Source of the DNA: Octopus vulgaris
Lineage: Eukaryota
Assembly: GCA_951406725.2 (NCBI GenBank)
Contig: OX597842.1
Coordinates: 8,308,001 to 8,372,000 of the forward strand
Reading direction: 5' to 3'
DNA: 64,000 nucleotides
Part shown: one piece after another, positions 46,034 to 61,700 of the stretch
How positions within the stretch are numbered: the stretch's first letter is position 1
How the letters are laid out: every line of letters begins with the position of its first letter
Program-made: the position numbers and the translations under genes
The notes under the pieces: model-generated
Told to the model about the DNA's origin: nothing
Database searches by the model: none
The model's input: only the letters and a program-made list of their open reading frames with translations

Positions 46034-46230
46034 TCCCCCCAACGTCGTTTGACAATCGATGCTGGTGTGTTTACGTCCCCGTCACTTAGCGGTTCGGCAG
46101 GAGAGACCGATAGAATAAGTACTAGGCTTACAAAGAATAAGTCCTGGGGTCGATTTGCTCGACTAAAGGCGGTGCTCCAGCATGGCCACAGTCAAATTAC
46201 TGAAACAGGTAAAAGAGTAAAGAGTAAAAG
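45367..46230. mobile_element. Two family A SINEs in head-to-head inverted orientation (45367-45773 minus; 45820-46230 plus)
   Basis: Matches to the consensus in opposite orientations with a ~45-bp spacer. Confidence 0.9.
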
Positions 46231-46300
46231 TGTATATATACATATACATTTATATATATACATATGTATATATATGTATAAGTATATGTATGTATATGTA

Positions 46301-46424
<124 letters not shown>

Positions 46425-46433
46425 CACATATAT

Positions 46434-46482
<49 letters not shown>

Positions 46483-46854
46483 TATATATATATATATGTA
46501 TATATATATAGTTATGTATATATATGCATGTACGTGTATATATGTATTACGTGTACGTTGTTTGGACCTAAGTCAGCCCTGTTACCATTGTTCTTGACAT
46601 TATTGTTGTTGTTGTTGTTGTTGTTGTTGTATATTGTCCAGACGAAGACCAAAATACATTTGCGTCCAATGTCACTGGTCATTGGTGACGGCGACGAAGC
46701 ATGAAACATCCGGCGCAATGGCTGCCGCCGCCACTGCCACCACTAACCGTTCTGGTGAAGAGTGGGGAATCGGTTGGGGGGAGGGGGCGGAGAGCACCGA
46801 TGACGAACTCGTCATCATCGCATTCCCCGACGAACGAAACAGCTTGTTTTCGCT

Positions 46855-46874
46855 CCCTCCTTCCTTAATTCTTT

Positions 46875-46908
<34 letters not shown>

Positions 46909-47590
46909 TTTCTTCCATTCTTTCTTTCTCTCCTTCCTTATTCCTTTCATTCAGTCATTCTTTCTTTCTTTTCCCTCCTTCCTTCCTTCCTTCCTTCTTG
47001 TTTTTTTGCTTCTTTCTTTCTTTCTTTCTTTCTCTCCTTCCTTATTCCTTTCATCCATTCATTCTTTCTTTCTTTTCCTTCCTTCCTTCCTTCCTTCCTT
47101 CTTGTTTCTTTCTTTCTTCTTTCTTTCTTTCTTTCTTTCTTTCTTCTTTCTTTCTTTCTTTCTTCTATTCTTTCTTCCATTCTTTCTTTCTCTCCTTCCT
47201 TATTCATTTCATCCATTCATTCTTTCATTCTTTTCCCTCCTTCCTTCCTTCTTGTTTATTTGCTTCTTTCTTTCTTCCTTCCTTCCTTTTTTCTTTCGTC
47301 TTTTTTCCTTTTCTTTATTACTCTCTTTTGTCCTTACTTTCTTTCTTCCTTTCTTTCGTTATTTCTTTCATCAATTCATTCTTTCTTCCTTTTTAATCCT
47401 TCCTTTATTTCTTTCCTTCATTTTTCATTCATTCATTCTTTCTTTCTGTTTTTCTTCATTCATTCAACGATTCTTTCTTTCTTCCTTCCTCCCTCCCTCT
47501 CTCTGTCCCTCTCTTCCTTCCTTCCTTTCTCTCTTTATTTATTCATTTTACGTTATTCCTTCCTTCATTTTTGTTTCCCTCTTTCACAGT
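46855..47590. repeat. Polypyrimidine (TTTC/TTCC)n low-complexity tract
   Basis: Direct inspection. Confidence 0.9.
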
Positions 47591-47599
47591 TGGTTTCTT

Positions 47600-47649
<50 letters not shown>

Positions 47650-47780
47650 CACGCACGCACATACATATAATACATATATTTTTAGCTATATATCTATCTA
47701 TATATCTATATCTGTCTATTTCACAATCTATCTATCCATTTCTCTCTCTTTCTCTCTCTCTCTCTCTATCTATCTATCTC

Positions 47781-47867
<87 letters not shown>

Positions 47868-48264
47868 ATCTATATGTGTGTGTGTATGACCAGTGACTAT
47901 GATTGATCGTTATATCCACAAGGTTTTTATTCTCTCTGTTTATTTTCTCGCATTCCTTTCTGTTGAAGAGCGTTGGCTCGAAATGTAAAATACTATCTCA
48001 CTCTCCCGAGCGTCAAACTGATACACCTGCTTGTCGTTTATACACCTGTCTTCGTCTTTTTTATCACAAAAATTTCAACTACATATATATATATATGCAT
48101 GTATGTATGTATATATGTATGTATGTGTGTGTGTATATACATATATATAGTTTATAATTCTTCAGGTTCTGTCTACTCACAAAGCTTCGGCCATTTGAGA
48201 CTGAACGTAGAACTCTGTGGCCGAGAAGCAAGCGCCTTATAAAGAGTGGTATACATACATATAT

Positions 48265-48340
<76 letters not shown>

Positions 48341-48401
48341 GTTGGTAGATAGATAGATTATGTATATCTATCTATTTATCAAGCTATATATATATAGCTT
48401 G

Positions 48402-48444
<43 letters not shown>

Positions 48445-48574
48445 CACATACATATAATGCATATATATATATATATATATATATATTTGTATGTATATAT
48501 ATAGCTATATATCTATCTATATATCTCTATCAGTCTATTTCTCAATCTATCTAGCCATCTCTCTGTCCAACTGT

Positions 48575-48643
<69 letters not shown>

Positions 48644-49036
48644 CATCTCTCACTCACTCTCTCTCTCTCTCTCTATCTATCCATCTCTCACTCTCTCTCT
48701 CTCTATCTATCTACCTTACCATATATATCTGTGTGTGCGTGTGTATGTGAGTATTGTACGTGCATACGTGATTATACCACAGTGTATATGGGCATATAGG
48801 CACATAGATACACGCTATAAATATAATATGAATATAAACAAAGGTGTGTTTATGACTCACCTTGGAAACTCATTCGCATATCTACCTGTCTATTTTTCTA
48901 ATATTCCACCCACATATACGCACAAGCATATAAATTTCTAGCCTCTCACACGGGTGCGCACCCCACTTAACAATCTAAACACTCAAGGAAGATGGAAGTA
49001 AAATGAAATTACTGTTGCAAATTATATGTATATATG

Positions 49037-49190
<154 letters not shown>

Positions 49191-49293
49191 TTATAAATTT
49201 ATATATGTGGGCATATATATGTATGTGTATATGTATGTATATATATATACACATATATATATACATATATAAATTATATATATATATATATAC

Positions 49294-49325
<32 letters not shown>

Positions 49326-49619
49326 TTATAAATTTATATATATACATATATATATATATATACACACACATATATATATGTATATATATCTATGCATATA
49401 TAAATGTATATATGTGGGAATATGTATATATATGTGTGTGTATGTATGTATATATATATATATATATATGTGTGTGTCTGTATTGACACACACATATGTA
49501 TGTATATATGTATATACATATATAGATAGAAATATATGTATATGTACACACACACGCACACAAACACTCATATATATATATACTATTAAATTAGTATCTA
49601 ATTCTCTCACCCTTATTAA

Positions 49620-49702
<83 letters not shown>

Positions 49703-49761
49703 GTGTATATATATATATGTGTGTGTGTGTGTGAAATGAATGTATACATATGTATACGAAC

Positions 49762-49831
49762 GTAACCAGTGCTGTTTGTACGAAGGTAGTCGGCAATGTT
49801 GTTGTTCGTGATTTTTACCTCCATTAAGACG
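49762..49831 (-). CDS. Candidate upstream exon with possible start (MEVKITNNNIADYLRTNSTGY)
   Basis: GTTGTTTAG| acceptor, ATG at 49824, weak donor TAC|GTTCGT; phase 0 would fit an acceptor at 36584. Confidence 0.3.
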
Positions 49832-50566
49832 CTAAACAACTCAGAGACAGCCAGACAGGCAAACAGACAGATACACTGTGCCAGTCGTCTGCCTTCTCCA
49901 TTTTAACAATATTTATACAAGATGATCCGACCGCCATATTGATTTCACTGTATCGTTTCTTTCCAACTTTTTCCTCACATGCCTTTCATACTTCTTTAAC
50001 AAGCCAACGAAGGAACCATCAAGTCGTCGCTCACTGTGCTAGAAAAAGCAGTCAAAGTCTCTTTCTATGGCTCTCTTTCTCTCTTAAATCACATATCGTT
50101 GTCTTGAAAATGGGAAGAAAATTATGTAACTAGAACTACGTTGTCTAACAGTTTGTCGTGTTATTTCTATTGCTTTTAAGGCACCGTAGATAAATTTTAT
50201 TTAAGGCACCGAAGATAAATTTTATTATAAATTTGTCTGTCGAGTCTCTTCCTCTGTGGTTTTGGAAAGCGTTTATAAACTTTGCCTATCAGTGACTGTG
50301 TGGTAAGCAGTTTACTTGCTGAACACATTGGTTTCGGGTTCGGTCCCACCTTCTTGGCATCATGGGCAAGTATCTTCTACTATAGCCTGGTGCTGACCAA
50401 AGCCTTGTGATTTGGAAGACGGAAACCGAAAGAAGCTCAATATATATATATTGGTAAAACGGTAAGATAACAAAAGAAAGAAAGATACCTCAATATTATG
50501 TAAATAGAGGAAATTTATCTATACAATAATATGTTACATTACTCATCGAATAATGTAACATATTAT

Positions 50567-50615
<49 letters not shown>

Positions 50616-50791
50616 TCTTCCATTTTCCTGAGCGCCTAATAATAATAATACTGTAATTGTTCCACGTGTTGTTGTTTTTTCTGTTTTCCCGTTTGGATTA
50701 ACCTTATATATATATATATGTATATATATATGTATATATATACATTATATGTATATATATACATATATACAAAGGTCTTATAGAGAAAATA

Positions 50792-50839
<48 letters not shown>

Positions 50840-50996
50840 TCCCGGGTTGAGTCGGGGTTAACCACAGTAAATAAGGTACTCAATACATGGCAGAGTAAAT
50901 TAATTTATTTTATAGAAGGAGCTTCTACAGGACTAGAAGCTTCCTGATGATTTTATTTGAATGAAACAGTTCTAGTCCTGTAGAAGCTCCTTCTAT

Positions 50997-51055
<59 letters not shown>

Positions 51056-51255
51056 TTTCTTTTATTCTTTTGGTTCGGCAATTTGGCTGCGGGTATGCTG
51101 TAGCAACACTTTTAATCGAACAATTCGTCCCAGGACTTATTCTTTGTAAGCCTTGTACTTATTCTATAGGTCTCTTTTGCTGAACAGCTAAGTTACAATA
51201 TATCAAACGATATACATATACATACATTACATATATATATATATGTGCATATATA

Positions 51256-51324
<69 letters not shown>

Positions 51325-51746
51325 TTGTTCTTACGAAATATATAGAACTGCTAAAAAGAAGTGCTTGGGTTATGCGTATATATATACATGTGTGTATATA
51401 TATATGTGCATATGTATATATACATATGTATTTATATATATATGTGTGTGTATATAGACTTATGCACACACACACGTATACATGTGTGTGTCTGTTGATT
51501 AACTAGTAAAGAGGTTATTTTGATGTTCCTGTCTGGGTCAGCTGTGTGAGTCAGTTTATAAGTATACATGGACTTGTGTGCATGTGTGTGTGTACCTGTA
51601 TTTGTATGTTTGTATGCTTGGAAACGTGTATGTGTATGTGTGTGTGTGTGTATGCGTGTCCACGTAATCTCATGAATACAGGGTGGGCCAAAAGTGACGC
51701 ACACAATAAGTTTTTTTATGTAAACCCTGTGTGGTTAATAAAGAAA

Positions 51747-51799
<53 letters not shown>

Positions 51800-51805
<6 letters not shown>

Positions 51806-51942
51806 TAGTTTTATTTTTATAGTGTGCTTTCACTTCACTACTGAGCGCAGCTCTGTGTGCCTTGGGTATGTGCTGTGATTTGTTGTGATGCTCTGATGGT
51901 TATTGTATGGAAAGTGTTCTGCGTAAGATGTGTGCAGTGCCT

Positions 51943-52003
<61 letters not shown>

Positions 52004-52011
52004 TTATTATT

Positions 52012-52059
<48 letters not shown>

Positions 52060-52125
52060 GAGTGAGAGAGCAGTGCATGCCATCAAAGTGAGACTGGGGT
52101 AAATTATACGAAGCTCAGTATACCA
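51800..52125 (-). mobile_element. 3' ends of two TAA-associated non-LTR elements (same two families as 14617-14947 and 15458-15710)
   Basis: Reverse-complement matches, separated by (TTA/TTG)n. Confidence 0.8.
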
Positions 52126-52142
52126 TGAGGAGTTTTAATAAT

Positions 52143-52732
52143 TATTTCTTTACTATCCACAAGGGGCTAAACACAGAGAGGACAAACAAGAACAGACAAA
52201 CGGATTAAGTCGATTATATCGACCCCAGTGCGTAACTGGTACTTATTTAATCGACCCCGAAAGGATGACAGGCAAAGTCAACCTCGGTGGAATTTGAACT
52301 CAGAACGTCGCGGCAGACGAAATACCTATTTCTTTACTACCCACAAGGGACTAAATACAAAGAGGGCAAACAAGGACAGACAAACGGATTAAGTCGATTA
52401 CATCGACCCCAGAGCGTAACTGGTACTTAATTTATCAACCTCGAAAGGCAAAGTCGACCTCCGCGGTATTTGAACTCAGAACGTAACGGCAGACGAAATA
52501 CCTATTTCTTTACTACCCACAAAGGGCTAAACACAGAGAGGACAAACAAGGCCAAACAAACGGATTAAGTCGATTATATCGACCCCAGTGCGTAACTGGT
52601 ACTTATTTAATGGACCCCGAAAGGATCAAAGGCAAAGTCGACCTCGGCGGAATTTGAACTCAGAACGTAACGGCAGACGAAATACCGCTAAGCATTTCGC
52701 CCGGCGTGCTAACGATTCTGCCAGCTCGCCAC
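52143..52732 (-). mobile_element. SINE family C concatemer (one head, three bodies)
   Basis: Same architecture as 27898-28512. Confidence 0.9.
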
Positions 52733-52995
52733 CTTTGCAAAACACCGCATGTTAAAACCAAGATAATGTTACACCATTCTTGTATAAATATTAATAACTA
52801 AAACGGAGAAGGACTTACATGAAAATATAATTTAAAAAATTCAATAAAATCTATAAAAGAGTCAAAGAGTATGTTTATAAAGTATTTCGTGTTGTTAAGG
52901 AATTTTTATATCATAGAACTTCTGTTATCATAATGGCTTAGATAGGTTAAACTGCTGGTCACTTATATGTCCATAATCAGACACGTATATATATG

Positions 52996-53033
<38 letters not shown>

Positions 53034-53110
53034 CATACATATACATATATATATATATATGCATATATATGTATATACATATATACATACATATACACAC
53101 ATCAGTGAAT

Positions 53111-53190
<80 letters not shown>

Positions 53191-53317
53191 TGATAGATAG
53201 ATAGATAGATAGATATACACGCACATATATGCACACATCAGTGAATATATATACCTACATACATACCTACAAACATACATAAATACATACATACATACAT
53301 ACATATATATATATATA

Positions 53318-54315
53318 TAATCAAAATAAGCAACAGGATATCAAGTAGTGATGCCGTACGACCGTTTCAAGCAGCTCCATTTAAGTGAACAATGCAATCA
53401 TTGCATCAATTTAAATGTAGTGCCATCATCAGCTGCGCAAAAATCTTAAATGTTTGTTTCATACGGCATAACAATATTGTTTATAAACAATCACCCATAG
53501 CACCCTTTGTCGGGTACATTATACCCGAGAGAGAAAGGCCACTTTCACTACGTTATTCATTAATGGAGGGCGGTCGAAACAACAACAACAACAACAGCAA
53601 AAGTAACAATAACATTGGCGCAGGCGTGGCTGTGTGGTAAGATAAAATTTCCTCTGGTTTTATTATTAGATAAAATTTCCTCTGGTTTTATTAGCGTCTT
53701 GCCCCTTTAACTGGTAATTAACATCATGATTTAGAGTTTTCCCCTACTCAGCCTCCTTTTATAGACAGTTACTCCAGTTGACTACTCCTAATGTCTTCTT
53801 TCCTCCCTGAGGAAAAACGATACATATGACAATATTTATGACCATACCTAGCCATGAGCTATCAACTCACTCTTGCCCTTTATTCTAAACAGACACACTC
53901 CTCTAGTCTTAGATTAAGTATTTGATAAAGAGATAAATGAATTAGAAATGAATCATAATTCTTTACAAGCTATGACCCAATGGGCTTCATGCGATTCTTA
54001 AAAGTGTAGTCTATTCTTAGCTACGATAGCGACAGCATGAATTTCTTCCATCTTCTAGGTCTGTTAAAATATTTGAGTAAAATTATATTAATGTGTCCAA
54101 CTGGTTAAAATTCCATTTATTTATTTGTGCAGCTGATGATGGCATTGCATTTAAATTGGTGTAATAATTGCATTGTTCAATTAAATGGAGCCCCTTGAAA
54201 CGGTCGTACTGCGTTACTACTTGATATCCTGTTGCTTATTTTGATTTTTTTCACCTTACTTCAAGCTGTGCGGATAATACCGGACTGACTTGGTGCTTCA
54301 ACTTAAGTACCTAAA
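53318..54315 (+). mobile_element. Penelope-like element remnant with inverted pseudo-LTR copies
   Basis: ~125-bp inverted repeats 53318-53441 / 54124-54246; degenerate MCPTG*N at ~54091 resembling the PxGLN end of PLE GIY-YIG endonucleases; hammerhead core in the repeat. Confidence 0.65.
54127..54214 (+). ncRNA. Type I hammerhead ribozyme-like motif
   Basis: GTGCAG-CTGATGA-(long stem II)-GAAAC-GGTC-GTA^CTGCGT; stem I GUGCAG/CUGCGU pairs; predicted cleavage after 54208; stem II base imperfect. Confidence 0.6.
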
Positions 54316-54754
54316 TCTAAATTATATATATATATATATATATTGCGTTTGGCAGCGGTCGCTGTCGCATCGAAATTTTTCTCCTGCCGTAAGGCTTAAT
54401 TCCCAACACGCCAGCTGAATTCAATTCGTCCCCAGTCGAAAGACGCCTGTTGTTATGTCCTGTTATTATTATTATTATTGTTTTTTTTGTATTTATATTC
54501 GTGTAACATCGTCCGTTTTCCCGTCCTTGTTTCGTATATATCCGAAGCTTTTTTTTCAAGGGATCTAATGCTCTTAGCTTAGTTTTTCCTTGGGGCTGGC
54601 CAGATTGGAGCACTCTCAAGATTAATCAGCCGAAATTGCGAGGATGATCCGGTTCTTGACTGAAGATTAAAGACTTCGAATGACCCGTCCGTGTTTTTTG
54701 TATCGTCTATCTGGATGTTTTGCGTTCTTGTCCCATTTTGTATTTCTTTTTTTT

Positions 54755-55233
<479 letters not shown>

Positions 55234-55537
55234 TTATATATATAAAATTTTGTGTACGCGTTTCCTCTCTTATTCAATTTTTCTTTAGTTCGTTATATGT
55301 GATTTCTATCTGATGAATATGTTTGAGATATTTTTCAACGTATGAAACTATTAGTAGCTTTTAAAGACACGCACACACACATACATACACAAACTCAGAT
55401 GTATCTAATCGATAATCAGTGATATCGATTATGCCACCCCGGTCCACCGACCTCTAACGAACGAGGTGACAGGACGGCGTGCGATGTTAAGTTTGTAGAT
55501 CTATCGATAAAAATGAGCATGTGTACACACACACACA

Positions 55538-55610
<73 letters not shown>

Positions 55611-55619
55611 ACACACACA

Positions 55620-55662
<43 letters not shown>

Positions 55663-55934
55663 ACACACATACACACACACATACACATACACGCACGCAC
55701 ATATATATATATCCGTATATTTCTGTGTATATGTTTAGTGAAGTGTATTGATGTTTTTATCGACATGTCGGAGTAAACAAAGCCGCGCACTCACAAACCG
55801 ACGTATGAGCGGATGCTTCTATGCGTGTGTCAGTGTGTCCTAATTTGTGTATGTATGTGTCTGGAGTGGGTGGGTATAAACCGAAACGTACGTGCACATA
55901 CGTAAACCCACTTAAATGGATTTACGTCTGTGCA

Positions 55935-56402
55935 CGTCGAGGAAGGGATTATCGACGAAATAGCAACCAAGAAACACTAAAAACAGTCTTTTACTGTACG
56001 TCGAAGTGTTTCTTTTACCTTAGAGCAGTGGTTTTCAACCAGGGTTCCGCGGAACCTTAGGGTTCCGCCAGTTCACTCCAGGGGTTCCGCAAGAAGTTAC
56101 AAAACTGCTAAAATCGGCAGTAATTTTTAATTCTCCTGTGCAGATATGTGTGCATAAGACAATTAAATTATTGCACAGGGGCTCCTCGAGCCAGTGGAAT
56201 GTTTCCTTGGGGTTCCGCGCCAGCAAAAAGTTTGAAAAGCACTGCCTTAGAGACTGCCAAGGTTGAAGCCAAAGATCTTTTACCACTGCACTATTTTCGT
56301 GAATTCCAGTGGCTCATGGATTTTTTATTATGTGCTTTGATAGTCTACATTATAAATGAGATTTATTATTCTGTATTATCTCGATCAGAGCTAAATGTCA
56401 GC
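55935..56402 (+). pseudogene. TMEM161: TMEM161-family pseudogene fragment, disrupted by a frameshift and a hAT MITE
   Basis: With the MITE and one TSD removed: SFTVRRSVSFTLETAKVEAKDLLPLHYFREFQWLMDFLLCALIVYIINEIYYSVLSRSELNVS, matching the TMEM161 LHYFPEYQWLVDF...E(M/L)NIS region as I recall it; frameshift in the A-run at ~55979-55983; ends in (TA)n. Confidence 0.8.
56026..56244. mobile_element. hAT-superfamily MITE, 219 bp
   Basis: TIRs CAGTGGTTTTCAACC / GTTTGAAAAGCACTG; perfect 8-bp TSD CCTTAGAG (56018-56025 and 56245-56252); internal GGGTTCCGC repeats. Confidence 0.92.
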
Positions 56403-56485
<83 letters not shown>

Positions 56486-57149
56486 TCGAAATGTACAGGA
56501 TTATATATCCATTACGGCCGATCTTAGCAATAGGTTTCGCACTTGGGGTTCAATGGAGTGTTAGGTAACGGTCCGATTATGTAACCATGCGCTCTTCAGA
56601 GATGGCAGTTATGGAATGAAATATGGCGACTGCTTACGGATTTTTAGATTGCTCTCTCTCTCTTTCTCACTCTCCCTCTATCTATCTATCAATATTTATA
56701 TATATATATACACATACACAAACACAAACATACATACTTACACATACATACATACATACATACATACATACATACATACATACATACATACATACATACA
56801 CACATATACATACACACATATAAATACATACATACATACATACATACGTATATATATAAGACTCTTCCGTCGTTAGACAATGGGTGAGGGTTCGGAAATT
56901 TCTTGCTGAACAACCACACAGGTGATTTGTTTATAGTGATCACATGTTTGTGTACACATGCTCACTCCCGCCATCAAATTGACATTACATGTACAGGTGA
57001 GGTGCAATGGGGTGCCACATGTGAGATGTCGAAATGATCGCAGAGCAACGTGAAATGAAGTGCTTTGCTCAAGAACACAATGCAACGCCCGGTGTAGGAA
57101 TCGAACCCATGATGTCGCAATCACACACACACACATCTTCCATCAGTTC

Positions 57150-57556
57150 ATTATTTCTTTGCTGCCCACAAGGGACTACACACAGAGGGGACAAAGAAGG
57201 ACAGACAAACGGATTAAGTCGATTATATCGACCCCAGTGCGTAACTGGTACTTATTTAATCGACCCCGAAAGGATGAAAGGCAAAGTCGACCTCGGCGGA
57301 ATTTGAACTCAGAACGTAGCGGCGAACGAAATACCTATTTCTTTATTACCCACAAGGGGCTAAACACAGAGAGGACAAACAAGGACAGACAGACGGATTA
57401 AGTCGATTATATCGACCCCGTGCATAACTGGTACTTATTTAATCGACCCCGAAAGGATGAAAGGCAAAGTCGACCTCGGCGAAATTTGAACTCAGAACGT
57501 AGCATCAGACGAAATACCGCTAAGCATTTCGCCCGACGTGCTAACGTTTCTGCCAT
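57150..57556 (-). mobile_element. SINE family C dimer, followed by a family A head fragment (to ~57690)
   Basis: Two bodies with the same internal junction as the trimers. Confidence 0.85.
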
Positions 57557-58015
57557 CAGTTTCCGTCTACCAAATCCACTCACAAGGGCTTTGGTCAGAC
57601 TGAGGTTATCGCAGAAGACACTCGTGCAAGGTGCCACACAGTGGGACTGAACCCGGAACCGTGTGGTCCGGAAGCAAGCTTCTTACCACTCGGCATCGTG
57701 ACTTCCGGTGCTGACACAAAATCCAAGAGAAAATCTATAAAGACAATCGTAATAAGAGACAGGAGTGCTTCTGACAATAGATATATTGATGATATAATCA
57801 AGATAAATTATCAATTAGCGTTCACGTGATGTGAGCTCATTAGCAGAGATTTTGATATTTTAATCATCTTGATACTGTTTGCCCAGATGCTAGGTTTTCC
57901 ACACACACGTTCGCAGACATACACACTATCACTCTCTCTCTCCCTCACACACACACACATACACATATATTTACCACACACCACCACCACCACCACCACC
58001 ACCATTACTATATAC

Positions 58016-58097
<82 letters not shown>

Positions 58098-58839
58098 TCT
58101 TTTATTTTTTCTTGTATTTCAGTCATTGTGGCCATGCTGGAGCACCGCCTTTAGTCGAGCAAATCGACCCCTTGACTTATTCTTTGTAAGCCTAGTACTT
58201 ATTCTATCGGTCTCTTTTGCTGAACCGCTAAGTGACGGGGACGTAAACACACCAGCATCGGTTGTCAAGTGATGTTGGTGGGGGAGACAAACACAGACAC
58301 ACGAATATATACATACACACACACATACGCAGATAGATATATTTCTTTATTAGCCACACAGGGCTGAACACAGAGGGGGCAAATTACAAAGTAGAGCTTT
58401 TCTTTTCGGGGAGAAAAAAAGTAGGGGTAGGTTTTCGATCAAAAGGGATCGTAAAATAAGGATCGTGTATCACAGAAATGTCATGATGTAAAATGTAAAG
58501 TGGGAAACAGATAAGGTTTATCCGTGGAAAGAAAAGCCTACGGAAAAGACCACGGTAACCTCAGTCAATAATGTCACATGTTAACACATTTGTTTGCAAG
58601 TAAGTAACCCTGTTTTAAATTTTTGCGGGTTCATAGGATCATGCTCAAGGCGGCTTCGTCATTCATACGTGCCAAGATAGATAGATCACTGAATGGATGG
58701 ATGGATGGATGGATGGATGGATGGATGGATAGATGGGTGGCCAGACAGTAAGAGATAGATATATAGATAGATGGGTAGATAGATAGATAGATAAAAAAAA
58801 AACAGAGAAAAAAACCATCAATAGGGATCGTGTATCATC

Positions 58840-59330
<491 letters not shown>

Positions 59331-59745
59331 TATTTGTATGTATTGTGATGAAGTGAATGTATGCGTGCGTGTGTGTATGTTCGAGCGGTCGTCAGTGTGT
59401 GTGTGTGTTTTGTGTATGATTGTTTGTGTTTGTTTGATCACATCAGAGTGGAGAAGTAATAAAACGAACGGTCGCCGCCTCCATAACGTATGGTACCAGG
59501 GCGTGGGACTCGAAAACGTGTCTGCGTGGCCGAGGGAAAGGTGAGGTTGTGGTGATGACGGCGGTGGTGGGATTAGATAAGTGGGGGAGAATGAGGGTGA
59601 ACGAAAAGACAGTAGGTAAATGAAGGGAGGGAGGGGAGAGACAGAGAAAGAGAGACGGAGAGAGAGGGAAGGCGAAGAGACGTGTAGGAGTTAGCTAGAT
59701 CGATTGATAGATACGCTGACTGGCAAATTCATATATGTCTATCTG

Positions 59746-59780
<35 letters not shown>

Positions 59781-59781
59781 G

Positions 59782-59848
<67 letters not shown>

Positions 59849-59854
59849 GTCTAG

Positions 59855-59922
<68 letters not shown>

Positions 59923-60075
59923 ATATCTAACTTTATCTCTCTCTATCTCTCTGTCTGTCTGCCTGTCTCTGTCTCTCTATGTATGTATGTATGTATGTAT
60001 GTATGTATGTATGTATGTATGTATGTATGTATGTATCTCTATCTATCTGTCTGTATGTCTGTCTATCTCTCTCTA

Positions 60076-60110
<35 letters not shown>

Positions 60111-60947
60111 GTTCAAATAATTAGAAAATGGAGAAAAACATAGATTAACATCGATAGGACCACATTTAACGGTTCGGCAAAAGAGACCGATAGAATAAGT
60201 ACAAGGCTTACAAAGAATAAGTACTGGGGTCAATTTGTTCGACTAAAGGCGGTGCTCCAGCCTGGCCGCATTCAAAAGACTGAAACAAATACTAATAAAA
60301 AAGAATAAAAGAATTTTGCGATTTCTTGCCCAAGTGACAATCCGGATAAGCTTCAGAAAGAAATCAATCAAGTGACTTACACATAACAAATGCAATCTGT
60401 AAGTGGAACAATAAAACTATGCAAGACTTTCTCAAGTTTAATATGTAAAGTTGTCTTTGTTACGAACGTTTCAACGATGGAGCTTTGTTTTTTGTCAGAA
60501 ACCAGCTCCTTCCTCTAACGAAGAAATTAAATAATTAAAAACAGAAGAATACACACGTACTCACATACTTGCATGTATACATACATTGAAGAAGACATCC
60601 TTTGGTCATGAATGACCGTGGGATTGCATTTAGAAAGTTCCCCTCCAAGGTACAATTCCAGGCAAGATTGTTTACGAAAGACCAGAAGTTACCCATGCAT
60701 ACAAGCCTCCCCTCTCGATGTCACTGATGTCATCCAAGGGGGAAAATGGCTGATACAGTTTGGTACCAGTTGATGTTGTAACTCATTTCTGCAGCTGAAT
60801 GCACTGGAGCAACATGAAAAAAAAATGAAGTGTCTTGCTCAAGAACACAACATATTGCTTAGTCCGTATGAACCCCCTACCTCGTGATTGGGAACCCCAC
60901 GCCCTACACTTACTTCTTAAGTATAGGAGGATATATATATAAAAAAA

Positions 60948-61105
60948 GGGAGTGGCTGTGTGATAAGTAGCTTGCTTACCAACTACATGGTTCCGGGTTC
61001 ATTTCCACTGCATGGCACCTTCAGCAAGTGTCTTTTACTATAGCCTTAGGCCAACCAAAGCCTTGTGAGTGGATTTGGTAGATGGAAACTGAAAGAAGCC
61101 CATCG

Positions 61106-61152
<47 letters not shown>

Positions 61153-61700
61153 ATGTATGTATGTATGTATGTATGTATGTATGTATGTATGTGTGTCTGT
61201 GTTTATACCCCCAACATCGCTTGACAACCGATGCTGGTGTGTTTATGTCCCCGTCACTTAGCAGTATGGCAAAAGAGACCTATAGAATAGGTACTAGGCT
61301 TCAAAGAATAAGTCTAGGTCGATTTGCTCGACTAAAGGTTGTGCTCCAGCATGGCATCAGTAAAATGACTGAAACGAGGGAAAATAGTAAAAGAGAGGAA
61401 AAGCGTATATGTACATATACGTACATATATATATATGTGTGTATATGAGATATATGTGTGTATGTATATATATATACTCTTTACTCTTTTTCTCTTTTAC
61501 TTGTTTCAGTCATAAAGCCTGTGGCTACGTTGAGCACCGCCTTTAGTCGATCAAATCGACCCCAGGACTTATTCTTTTGGAGAGCCTAGTACTTATTTTA
61601 TCGGTCTCTTTTTTGCCGAACCGAAGTTACAGGGACGTAAACACACTAGCATCGGTTGTCAAGCGATGTTGGGGGGAAAATAGTAAAAGAGAGGAAAAGC

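Noticed and set aside
46634-47896. 420-aa Phe/Leu/Ser-rich membrane-like ORF
   Set aside because: Translation of a (TTTC/TTCC)n tract and microsatellites
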